From a virus (Duplodnaviria > Heunggongvirae > Uroviricota > Caudoviricetes), in IMG/VR virus record IMGVR_UViG_3300027710_000010, positions 213,763-277,762 of that record: DNA of 64,000 nt; one strand, written 5' to 3'. Made by a program: the position numbers and the translations under genes. Each line of letters begins with the position of its first letter. Position 1 is the first letter of the stretch. Under the pieces are notes generated by a model. It ran no database searches, was not told where the DNA came from, and saw only the letters and a program-made list of their open reading frames with translations. Positions 30,620 to 41,000 of this stretch are shown piece by piece.

Positions 30620-33600
30620 TTACTCTCCCTTCAACTTACGAATTTCTTCCTTGAGAGGATCAATCTCTGCTTTTAATGTTTTGATAGCTTCAACCAAGTA
30701 TGCTGTTAATTTGCTGTAGTAAATACCTTCAGCAGTGCCATCTTCTCGATGACTTACTAGATTTGGTAATACTCTATCTACTGCTTCAGCAATCAAACCA
30801 GCTTCATTATTTTTGCTACCATCTCGACGATCATATGTAACGCCTACTAAACTCATAATTGACTCTAAAGCATTTGTAATTGGATTAATATTTTCTTTAA
30901 GTACAATGCTTGAACTTTCAACAAATCCGCCACTAGTTGTTAGTACTCCGGTACTTGGCACAAAGCTAAGACCAGCACTTGAAACATATGCAGTTGTTAA
31001 ACTACCAGTTGTACTGGCTGCAAGTGTTGGGTAGAATGTTGAACTACTTGATGACGCAGTTATAGTTGCACCTGCTGCCGCCCAACTCAATGTGCCGCTG
31101 CCGTTAGTTACCAGTGCATATCCTGTTGTGCCATCAGTGCTTGGTAATGTATATGTTACACTACCCGCGGCTGCTGGCACTGTAAATGTTACTGCGCCGC
31201 TTGAACTTCCTTGAATTGCAAATGTGCCTTTAATTGCCAAAGCGCCACTACTTGGATTGAAACTTAACTTAGTGCTACTTACACTTGCTGTAGTTACTGT
31301 TCCGCTTGTAGCGGTTGTGAACAATGGATAGAAAGTACTATTTGTTGTGCTGTCACTTACTGTAACGGCTGCATCAGCCCATTGCATTCCGCCCGAGGTT
31401 GTTTGTAAAAATTTACCGTTAGTACCAGCAGATCCGTTAATTGTAATCTTGCTGGTTGTTGCTACATCAATATTACCAGTTGTAGTTAGCGCACCAATTT
31501 TTAAATCGCTGTATGTAGCTGATGTAAAATCAACTGTAGTAGTTGGTTCAGGAATTACTCCTTTAAATAGCTTCCATACACCGTCATTTGCATCTCGTAC
31601 AAAGCCAGTGTGTTGGTATCCGCCGTTGGTAAAGGAACTAATAAAACCAATATCAACTGTATCAGCTGGGTTGTCATCACCCATGTAAATTAACGAATCT
31701 GCAACATTATAATTTGTTGTGTTAATTGTAGTTTGTGTGCCGTTAACAGTTAAGTTACCATCAATAATTATGTTGTTACCGACTGTTAGATCATGGGTAA
31801 TACGTAGATCATTTTCAACAGTTAAGTCACTATTAATCGTTACAGCTGGCGTAAATGTAATTCCAGAACTGTCAGTGCTGTCAATTGTTGTACCGTTAAT
31901 ATTAATAGCGTCAATCACAACACTACCAGTACCGCTTGGTGTGATAATGATATCTTCGTTGCTGTTTTTTCCGATAATGTTATTTTGGAAATAACGAATA
32001 TTGCCGGTATCTACTTCACTAATATTAATAGTTGCTGGAGCCGCACCACCGCCTGTAACACTTAATGCCCCCAAGTCATCAGTAATGGTCAATGAACCAA
32101 TTGTAACTGATCCAGGGCCTACGTATACGTGATTCCATCGTTTTTCTGGAGTACCCAGTGTTTGTACGTTATCATCAACTGGTACTATGTCAGTTGCTAC
32201 TACTTCAAAGTAGTTTCTAACGGCTTGTTCTGTTGGCACAGCTTCGTTGCTGTTGCCACTTAGTGTGTAATCGCTTGAAAATTCGTTAACTAGTTCGCCT
32301 AACTGAGCACCAATTGATCCTAATCGTAAACTTGTAAGACCTGACAAGTCGAACGCTGACGCATTAAGTGTTGCTCGTCCAGTTGCTTGATCAACTCTAA
32401 AATAATCACCAACACGGAAATTACCGTCTTGGTCAGTACTTACGTAGAACACACGACCAGGGAATGATTCAATTACTTCATTTGCTTGACTTGACGGTTG
32501 TAAAGGAGCTCCTGGATAATTAGTACTAATACGGTCGCCAGTACCAATACTTAAGAAATCATGACCAGTTAATCTACTTTGACTGTAATTGTATCTAACT
32601 GTTACTGCGGCGTTGTTTGCACTTGGTGTTGCTTTTTCGTTAGCAAGAACCAGTGTCATAATACTAGTTGAGTTTACATATGTTCCACTAACGCTTTGAA
32701 TAATATAACTGGTTGAATCGCCTGCAATTTGTAAACTTGCACCAGGTTTTGGTTCTGCACTAAACCCATCTATAACAAGTACAAATCCGTGTTGTCCTTC
32801 AACTCCGCCTGTAGCAATGTCTGCGCTAACGCCTGCACCATTACTGATAGTATCCGTATCTAAGAAAGTGCCACTAGTGATACTGTAGTAAATTTTACCA
32901 ACAGCAGTTTGTACGTTAGTAATTTGTCCAATTGCTCCACTTACTGATCCAGTAATAGTGTTACCCACAGTAAATTCGCCACCAGTTAATGATAATTCAT
33001 CATAGGTAATTTGTTCGCCATACAATGCACCAGTTAGCGGAGTTTCCGCCGCGTCAAATCCACGACTTATTACACCATATGTACCGTATGAGTTGTTGCC
33101 TGATAAAGAACGAATCTTTCCACCACCTGTTGTGGTATAACCAAACCAACAGTAATATGTAAAACACGAAACAATTTCAGCTTTACCTTGTCCGTTAACC
33201 CAATATCCCACACCGTCACTACAAACAACAGTATAAGCATGGAATACCATAGACTTATAACCGCTAGCATGTTCGTCGCCATCAACAACTGCACCAATGG
33301 CGTTGTCCCCAAACGCCGCACATTCTAAAATGTAGGGTGACTTATTTAAAATTGGACTGTCAGGATCAAATGCAACATAAACACCTTTGATTGTTGCACT
33401 GGTAATGTCTTCTGGTGCTGAAAGATTTGCTTGGAATCCTGTCATACCACCAAAATACATTTTGTGTAGCATCGACCCGTCGCCTACCATCCACATAGTA
33501 CCTTCGCTATAATCACTAGCTAAGGTCACTGACTCGCCATTTACTATTTGACTACTGAAGCCAACAGTTAGTGTTGTGTACCCAGCAATTGGAGTATCAA

Positions 33601-34297
33601 TGGCAATAGCAGTAATAGTTACAGTACCACTAATGCTTGTACCAGTCACAGTTGCACCAACTTGCCAATCATGGCCAGTTGTGTTTGCATCTTCAATTAC
33701 GATTGTTGTTGAAGTCGTAGCTCCAAGGGTTGCAGTTACATCACTGCCTGTTGCACTGATATCTATAGGACGAACTTGAGTAGTTCTTTGACCATCACCA
33801 TAAACTGAAACGCCAGCAGGAACTTTAATAGGCAGTTGTTCGTAATATGTACCTGTCTTTACAAAAATAACAGCAGGACCAACCACTGTATCACAGGCAT
33901 GTTTAATAGTAGCAAATGCAAGATTTAAGTTAGTTCCGTCATTGGCATCATCGCCATCTTGACTCACGTAGTATACATTTTCAGCAGTGACTAAATTTTC
34001 CCAACTTGGAATGCCGTCTCTGACAAATAAGATCTGTCCGTCGTCTCCAATCGGTAAACGTGCATCTTCGCTTGCGCCACGATAGATAATGTCGCCTTCT
34101 GTAGTCGTAGGACTGCCGCCTTCCAACATTAGTTCAAATTTGGCGCTGTTTGCGTTCCATGTTGAACTAGTGTGTGCATCAATACACACGTATGATGATG
34201 AGCCGTATCTTACAACATCGTCTTTAACGTATGCTGTAGTAGTGGTCCACTCACCTTTCCATACGAATTTTAGTCTACCTAATTTAAAATCTGCCAT
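30620..34297 (-). CDS. Tailspike/fibre protein, paralogue 3, with C-terminal S74-like intramolecular chaperone
   Basis: 1225 aa; highly similar to 3154..6822 end to end; SSIVLKENI...AGLIAEAV...YSKLTAYLVEAIK. Confidence 0.8.
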   Translation of the reverse strand: MADFKLGRLKFVWKGEWTTTTAYVKDDVVRYGSSSYVCIDAHTSSTWNANSAKFELMLEGGSPTTTEGDIIYRGASEDARLPIGDDGQILFVRDGIPSWENLVTAENVYYVSQDGDDANDGTNLNLAFATIKHACDTVVGPAVIFVKTGTYYEQLPIKVPAGVSVYGDGQRTTQVRPIDISATGSDVTATLGATTSTTIVIEDANTTGHDWQVGATVTGTSISGTVTITAIAIDTPIAGYTTLTVGFSSQIVNGESVTLASDYSEGTMWMVGDGSMLHKMYFGGMTGFQANLSAPEDITSATIKGVYVAFDPDSPILNKSPYILECAAFGDNAIGAVVDGDEHASGYKSMVFHAYTVVCSDGVGYWVNGQGKAEIVSCFTYYCWFGYTTTGGGKIRSLSGNNSYGTYGVISRGFDAAETPLTGALYGEQITYDELSLTGGEFTVGNTITGSVSGAIGQITNVQTAVGKIYYSITSGTFLDTDTISNGAGVSADIATGGVEGQHGFVLVIDGFSAEPKPGASLQIAGDSTSYIIQSVSGTYVNSTSIMTLVLANEKATPSANNAAVTVRYNYSQSRLTGHDFLSIGTGDRISTNYPGAPLQPSSQANEVIESFPGRVFYVSTDQDGNFRVGDYFRVDQATGRATLNASAFDLSGLTSLRLGSIGAQLGELVNEFSSDYTLSGNSNEAVPTEQAVRNYFEVVATDIVPVDDNVQTLGTPEKRWNHVYVGPGSVTIGSLTITDDLGALSVTGGGAAPATINISEVDTGNIRYFQNNIIGKNSNEDIIITPSGTGSVVIDAININGTTIDSTDSSGITFTPAVTINSDLTVENDLRITHDLTVGNNIIIDGNLTVNGTQTTINTTNYNVADSLIYMGDDNPADTVDIGFISSFTNGGYQHTGFVRDANDGVWKLFKGVIPEPTTTVDFTSATYSDLKIGALTTTGNIDVATTSKITINGSAGTNGKFLQTTSGGMQWADAAVTVSDSTTNSTFYPLFTTATSGTVTTASVSSTKLSFNPSSGALAIKGTFAIQGSSSGAVTFTVPAAAGSVTYTLPSTDGTTGYALVTNGSGTLSWAAAGATITASSSSSTFYPTLAASTTGSLTTAYVSSAGLSFVPSTGVLTTSGGFVESSSIVLKENINPITNALESIMSLVGVTYDRRDGSKNNEAGLIAEAVDRVLPNLVSHREDGTAEGIYYSKLTAYLVEAIKTLKAEIDPLKEEIRKLKGE

Positions 34298-34316
34298 TTT
34301 TTGGTCCTTGTTTCAA

Positions 34317-34324
34317 TATTTATA
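34317..34324 (-). promoter_or_regulatory. T4 late promoter, exact consensus TATAAATA
   Basis: Exact match overlapping the upstream stop, before an AAGGA RBS. Confidence 0.7.
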
Positions 34325-34676
34325 CTGTTGCTGGATAGCTGTATGTGCCATTGATTCTAACAATCATTTCGCCATCTTCGTTAATAAAATATAATAAATC
34401 ATCTGGTCTTACTTTGTATTGACTGTAACCCATTGATTTGTTTATAATGTTATGATTTGCATCCATGTTTACTACTAGCGTGTCGTTATCAAACCCGCCA
34501 AAATCGCTTTGTGCTTCTTCATCTGCTCTTGCTTCTGGATCATCAATGACAATGGTTTCGTCATCTAGTGCCAAATTTACTTTAGTAAATGTTAAGTATC
34601 CTTCTGCATCTCTCGACAATCTATAGAAATACTTGATAGCACTTGCATCAATTGTTGAACCTATATAGTTACTCAT
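34320..34676 (-). CDS. Small spike-partner protein, paralogue 3
   Basis: 118 aa; FYRLSRDAEGYLTF and YSQY...YFINEDG..IVRIN..YSY motifs. Confidence 0.7.
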   Translation of the reverse strand: MSNYIGSTIDASAIKYFYRLSRDAEGYLTFTKVNLALDDETIVIDDPEARADEEAQSDFGGFDNDTLVVNMDANHNIINKSMGYSQYKVRPDDLLYFINEDGEMIVRINGTYSYPATV

Positions 34677-35005
34677 GTTATGATCTCCAGTGCGCTAAGA
34701 ATTACATCTGCGCTGTTTGCTGTATTGGAAACTACAACAAGGCTGTTGTTAGGTTCCATTACTAATTTTTGGTCTCCGCCCATTGCTGCCAGCGCGGTAT
34801 TTTTAGCAATAGCAACATCTTTTACAATATAGCCTTGTGTTGAATTTTCATCAGTAAATTTAATAGATACTAAAATAGTACCTGCTGTAGTATTTGCTAT
34901 GTTGATACCAATAACGGTTGCTCTAGTTGTAGGACCAGTAGTATAAACATCTACTGGAGTTGTTCCTACTCCCGTTGTCATTGTCTTTTTAAATTGATTT
35001 GCCAT
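34673..35005 (-). CDS. Small beta-rich virion adaptor-like protein
   Basis: 110 aa; resembles 18546..18920 and 42447..42767. Confidence 0.6.
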   Translation of the reverse strand: MANQFKKTMTTGVGTTPVDVYTTGPTTRATVIGINIANTTAGTILVSIKFTDENSTQGYIVKDVAIAKNTALAAMGGDQKLVMEPNNSLVVVSNTANSADVILSALEIIT

Positions 35006-35008
35006 GTT

Positions 35009-38000
35009 TTATCCTAATGCAATCGCAAATGCTATTGCGTCGTCTGTTGCTGTATTACTTACCAAAGTAATTTGTTGGTCTACATAAGTTTTTGTTGGTA
35101 AATCTGGAGCAATAATTGTTGGGAAAATAACAATGTTAACTCTGTCATCCAGTGACGGAGTTTCATCAACAAACGTTACCTCAGTGCCATTTATGCTGTA
35201 AACTTCTGTATCTTGATATACACTGTTTACAAACACCATTATACATTCTTCGTTAGGTATTTGGAACTGCGTATCAAATGTATCACTCACACCGTCAGCA
35301 GTAAAGTTAACAGTGTGTACTGATGTAACTGCCGGCATACTTAAGAATCTAACATCAATTCTATCAGATTGTTCTGGAGCAACTACTGTACTTGTGTCAT
35401 CGATGAATCTTAAAATGCTGCCATCAACTGTATAAGCAATATTAGGCTCTTGAACAACACCATTAATCGCAACCATAATTGCGGCTGCACTTAATGGTAC
35501 TTGTGATAATGTAAATTCAAAGTCTGTACCGTTGGCAAGGAAGCCTTGGTATGTTGGAGCTGTTCCTGAGCCAAAGCCCATTGAACGCCAAGATCCTTCT
35601 GCATATCCTTCAAACGCTAAGTCAGTTGTGTTAAATCGTACAGTGCCTTCTTGCGGAGTTACTGGACGTTCTGCTGTTGTACCTGTTGGGATGGCTGCTT
35701 CTGCACCAGTGTTAAACTTAATAACACCGTCAACATAAGCAACTGCGCCGCTATCTATAGTTCTTACAATTTTACTTGCATCAGTAAATGTAACTTTATT
35801 AATGCTTTCGCTATTAAGTTTTATACTAGCAACATGTAAGTCTTGATAATTTGTAATTGCAACATTACCACGAACTGTACCTTGCTCAATTGTAGATACA
35901 AGTGCAAATGCATCTGCACTTTCGTCCCATATAAATGCCTTATTGATGTCGCTACCGCGCTCAATAATTAAACCGCTGTCGTAAGTATTAGCACCATATT
36001 GCGAACTATTTAAAGTCAATAACGGATCTGTAGCAAACACGTTACCAGTATCACCTGGACTACCTGAACCGTCAAGTATAACTCGTCCAGAGCCGCTAGC
36101 ACGAATAATAAGATCTTCATCACTGACGGTGTTTTCAATAACATTTCCGCTAATGCGTACTTTGCCACTTACTAATAACTCGTCAATCTCTGTGTAATTT
36201 AATGTAGTATTGCCGGTAACATCTAATGTACCAGTAATTTCTTCGTTACCAGTAACTGTTAATAGTGTACCGTTGAATGTTAAGTTAGCTGAATCTTCTA
36301 ATTCACCATTAACACCTGCTAGTACAACTCGACCAGCAGTTAAATCTTCAACATTGGCGCTGGCAAGTGTAGCTTGTCCGCTAGTGTCTAATGTGTTTAG
36401 GTAAGTTGCTGTGTTAACAGTTAAGTTGTTTTCAATTTCTACGTTGTTAGTAGGAACATATACTCTGCCAGTAGCATGAGCACGTAATTCTAAATCACTA
36501 TTTGAAACTGTTGTTTCAATATAATTATTTTGTAAACGTACATTGTTGTCAACTGTTAATCCGTTGTTGCTAATAGTAACACGTTCAACAGAATCTAATG
36601 TGCTACCTGGAGTTTCTCCGGCAACACCTGTGAAGAATCTAATGATATCTTCGTTATTGCCCGCTGTTTCAAATGTAATTAATGTGTCGCCGTTAGCGTC
36701 TGCACTTGACCCGCCACTAATACCTGTGAATACAACACCGTTCCAAGCTTCAATATTATTTGTTTGACTATTGTAACGAATGAAACCAGCTTCACCAGTT
36801 GCAGGGCGCTCAAATGTATTACCTGCAGGAATTCTGACAGCGCCAGTACCACTAATATATACAATGCCACTGCCGCTTGGATCTAATACTAAGTCTGCAT
36901 TTGATTCAGTTGTGCTGATAACATTGGTATCAATTCTAATACTATCAATGTTAGCTTCACCTGAATTTAATGTTGTTATATTGCCTATAGGAACAGTTAT
37001 ACTTGTGCCAACTATAACTGTTCCAGTTACAGTTTCGTTGCCGGTTACAGTTAATGTTGTGCCGTTGTAGGTAAAGTTTGCACTGTCAGCTAATGTTTGG
37101 TCTGCGCCGGCAAAAGTAACACGACCAGTAGTTAGTTGTTCAACTTTTACATTACTCTTAAAGTTTGCATAACTATTAACAATTAATTGATTTGTACTTA
37201 GTTGACCAAAACTGTTGTATGTTAAGTCAGCGTTGTCAACTAAACGCCCATTTACACCAGCAAGTACAAGACGAGTCGCTGTTAAATCACTTACTTCTGC
37301 TTGTGCTAGTGTGCTTAGGCCAGTTGCTTCAAATGTTCCAGTAACTTTACTGTTGGCTAGTAGTTCAATTGTCCCAGTACCGACAGTATCTAATTCTAAA
37401 TTGCTGTTGCTTGCAGTAGTTTCAATTCTATTGCCAGCAATACGAATATCATCTGTAATTATTGGACCACCAACAATATCACCAGTAACAATTAAATTTT
37501 GTGTTACTGTCAAGTTGCCTTGCTGTGTAGTATCTCCAGTAACTGTTAAGTTACCTGTTATATCAACAGTGTCGTTAAATGTGCTTGGAGCATTAACTGT
37601 TAGTGTGTCATTAATTGTAACAACATCTAAAATAGTATTGCCGTTTACTGTTAATGCCTGACTAAATGTTACATCATTTTGCGGTACTAGTATTGTTCCA
37701 GTACCATTTGCTCGTAATTCTAAATCTGCATTTGATACTTTTGTTGTGATAACATTATCGTTAATGTTGATAACATTGTTATCAAACTCGGCAGCATTTA
37801 CAATGCGCCATTGTTTATCACTTGCACCTAAATCATATAAGTTACTTGCGTTTGGAATTAAATCGCTGGTAAAATCCGCTTGTACTGTAACAGTATCAAG
37901 AGTTGTATCACCAATACGAATGTTTCCGCCCAATGTGATATCGCCGGTAACATCTAAGTTACCAACAATGTTTGTATTGGATGTTAAGTTAATAGTGCCA

Positions 38001-41000
38001 GTACCAGCGGCATCTAAGTATAAATTTGTATTAGAATCAATTGTGCGAATAACAGAATAATCACCGTCGCCGTCAATTAAAATGTTATTAAAGTTTACAG
38101 TTTCACCACTAAATGACAATGAACCACTACTGCCTAACGTTAGTAAGTTACTGATAATAACACTACCAGTTCCGTTAGCATTTAAATATAGGTCACTGTT
38201 TAGTAAAGTTGTTTCAATTGTTGAACCTGATACAGAAACATCACCAATAAGTGCATTGTTAGTGTTTAGTTGATTCCAACGTTTGCCTGCAATACCTAAA
38301 TCGTAAAGGTCGGTAGTATCAGGTACAAGATTACTGATAAATTCAGCTTTGACTTCAACAGTATCTGCATCAGTAGTGCCAAGTGTTGTGTTTCCAGTTA
38401 CATCAAACGTGCCTGATACTCTTGAATTTGTTAATAATTCAATTGAGCCAGTACCAACAGTATCTAATTCTAAATTGCTGTTGCTTGCTGTGGTCTTAAT
38501 TGTATTGCCATCAATACGGATATCGTCTGTAATTAATGGTCCACCGACAATGTCTCCGGTAACAATTAAGTTTCCGCTTACAGAAACATTACCTGTATTT
38601 GTTGTATCACCGTTTACAACTACTGCACCTGTAACAGTCAGCGTACTATTAACATCTACGGTGTTATTAAATGTACTTGAAGCATTAACAGTCAATGCGT
38701 CATTGACTACTGTAGTGTTTAGAGTAGTTGTGCCTGTTACATCTAAGTTTTGTGAGAATGTAACATCGTTTGATGGTACAATAATATTGCCAGTGCCGTT
38801 AGCACGTAGTTCTAAATCAGCATTAGATACAGTTGTCTTAATTGTGTTATCATTGATATTGATAACGTTATTGTCAAACTCACTAGCATAAAGTGTACGC
38901 CATGCTTTGTTAGCACGACCAATATCATATGTATTACTTTCGTTAGGGAACAAGTCGCTGGTAAAATCAGCAACGACTGTTACCGTATCAACGTCTTGAT
39001 TACCAATTCGTATGTTACCGCCTAACGTAATATCACCGTCAACATCTAAGTCGCCAGTAATATGTTGATCGCCAGTAACAGTTAGGGTAGTACCATCAAA
39101 TGTTAAGTTAGCTGAATCTTCTAATTCACCAGCAGTACCAGCTAATACAACACGTCCACTGGTTAAATCTTCAATGTTAGCACTTGCGAGTGTAGCTTGA
39201 ACGCTTACATCCAAGTTGCCAACGATATCTTGATCGCCAGTAATTGTTAATGTAGTACCGTCAAATGTTAAGTTTGTCGAGTCTTCTAATGCACCATTGG
39301 TGCCAGCTAATACAACACGCCCACTTGTTAAGTTAGAGTTTAATAAACTATCAACTTCTAAAGTTCCAAGTTTTAAAGTAGCATAGGTTGCTTGAGCAAA
39401 GTTTATTGTTAAACTAGGCTCGTCTATAACACCTTCAAATAGTTTCCATTTGCCGTCAGTTGCGTCACGTACAAAACCAGAGTGTTGGTATGTACCGTCA
39501 TCAAAACTTGCTACAAAGCCAAGATCAATAACGTCTGATTGATTGTCTTCACCAATATAAATTAACCCGTCGTTGACACTGAACGAGTCAGAATTAATTA
39601 TTGTTTCTGTACCTAATACTGTTAGATTGCCTTCAACTAGAATATTCTCAGTTGTTATTTGGTTTCTAACGTATAGATTGTTTTCAACACTGGCGTCACT
39701 GCTAAATGTAACCAGCGGTGTAAATGTAATTCCAGAACTATCAGCAGAATCTACTGTCGTTCCTGTAATTGTTATACCGTTTATAGTGCTAGTTGTTCCG
39801 CCTGTTACTGAAATGTTTCCAGTAACTGTTAATGTAGTACCGTCAAATGTTAAGTTAGATGAATCTTCTAATTCACCACTTGTACCGGCTAATACAATAC
39901 GTCCGCTAGTTAAGTCTTCAACGTTGGCACTTGCCAATGTAGCTTGACTACTTACATCAAATGTTCCTGTAACGTTTGTATTTGCCAATAACTCGACAGT
40001 GCCAGTGCCAACAGTATTAATTTCAAAGTTACTGTTGCTTGCTGTTGTTTCAATACGATTGCCAACAATTTGAATGTCATCTGTACGTAATGGTCCGCCA
40101 ACAATGTCGCCGGTAACTGTTAGTGTTCCAGCAATGTTAACATTGTTATTTGCTGTTACCACACCAGTTAATAAACTGGTTCCGTTTACAACTACGTTGC
40201 CTAATGTTGCTGTACCTGTAACAGTTTCATCACCAGTAACTGTTAATGTTGATCCATCAAATGTTAAGTTAGTTGAGTCTTCTAATTCGCCACTAACACC
40301 TGCTAGTACTACTCGACCACTTGTTAAATCTTCAACATTGGCACTTGCCAATGTTGCTTGACTGCTGACATCAAACGTGCCTGTGATGTTTGTATTTGCT
40401 AATAACTCAATGCTGCCAGTACCAACAGTATTAATTTCAAAATTGCTGTTGCTTACAGTTGTTTCAATACGATTGCCGACAATTTGAATGTCGTCAGTGC
40501 GTAGTGGTCCACCAACAATGTCACCAGTTACTGTTAATGTTCCGCCAATAGTTAAATTGTTACTAGCAGTTACTGGTCCAGTTAGCGTTGTTGTGCCATT
40601 AACTTGTAGATTGCCTAAAGTTGCTGATCCACTTACACCTAATGTGCCGCCCACATTTAAGTTTTCAGCAATACCTGCGCCGCCAGCGACAGTTAATGCT
40701 CCAGTTGTAGACGAAGTAGAAGTTGTTGTATATTTGACCGCTACATTAGTAGTAGTAAATAATGCTCCCTGAGTTGTCCAATTAAGTCCACCTGGTGCTA
40801 TTTGAAGTTGATTATTTTCACTGTATATGGTGTTGTTTGCGGCACCGCCTTGTATCCATACACGATTACCTGTGGTACCAAAAGAAGCAACTGATCCGCT
40901 TGCGCCTGTTGCAAATGTAACTTGACCAGTTGAAGATATATTTGTAGCAGTTACCTTATTGCTTACACCTAAATCACCAATTACGTTTGAGTTGGCTAGT

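Noticed and set aside
1-34297. Diversity-generating retroelement acting on the adhesins
   Set aside because: No reverse transcriptase in the window, and I saw no template/variable repeat pair differing only at adenines; paralogue differences look like ordinary synonymous and segmental changes. A DGR elsewhere in the genome cannot be excluded
1-34297. Invertible or shufflon-type tail fibre switching
   Set aside because: All cassettes are in the same orientation, and no site-specific recombinase or inverted crossover sites were seen
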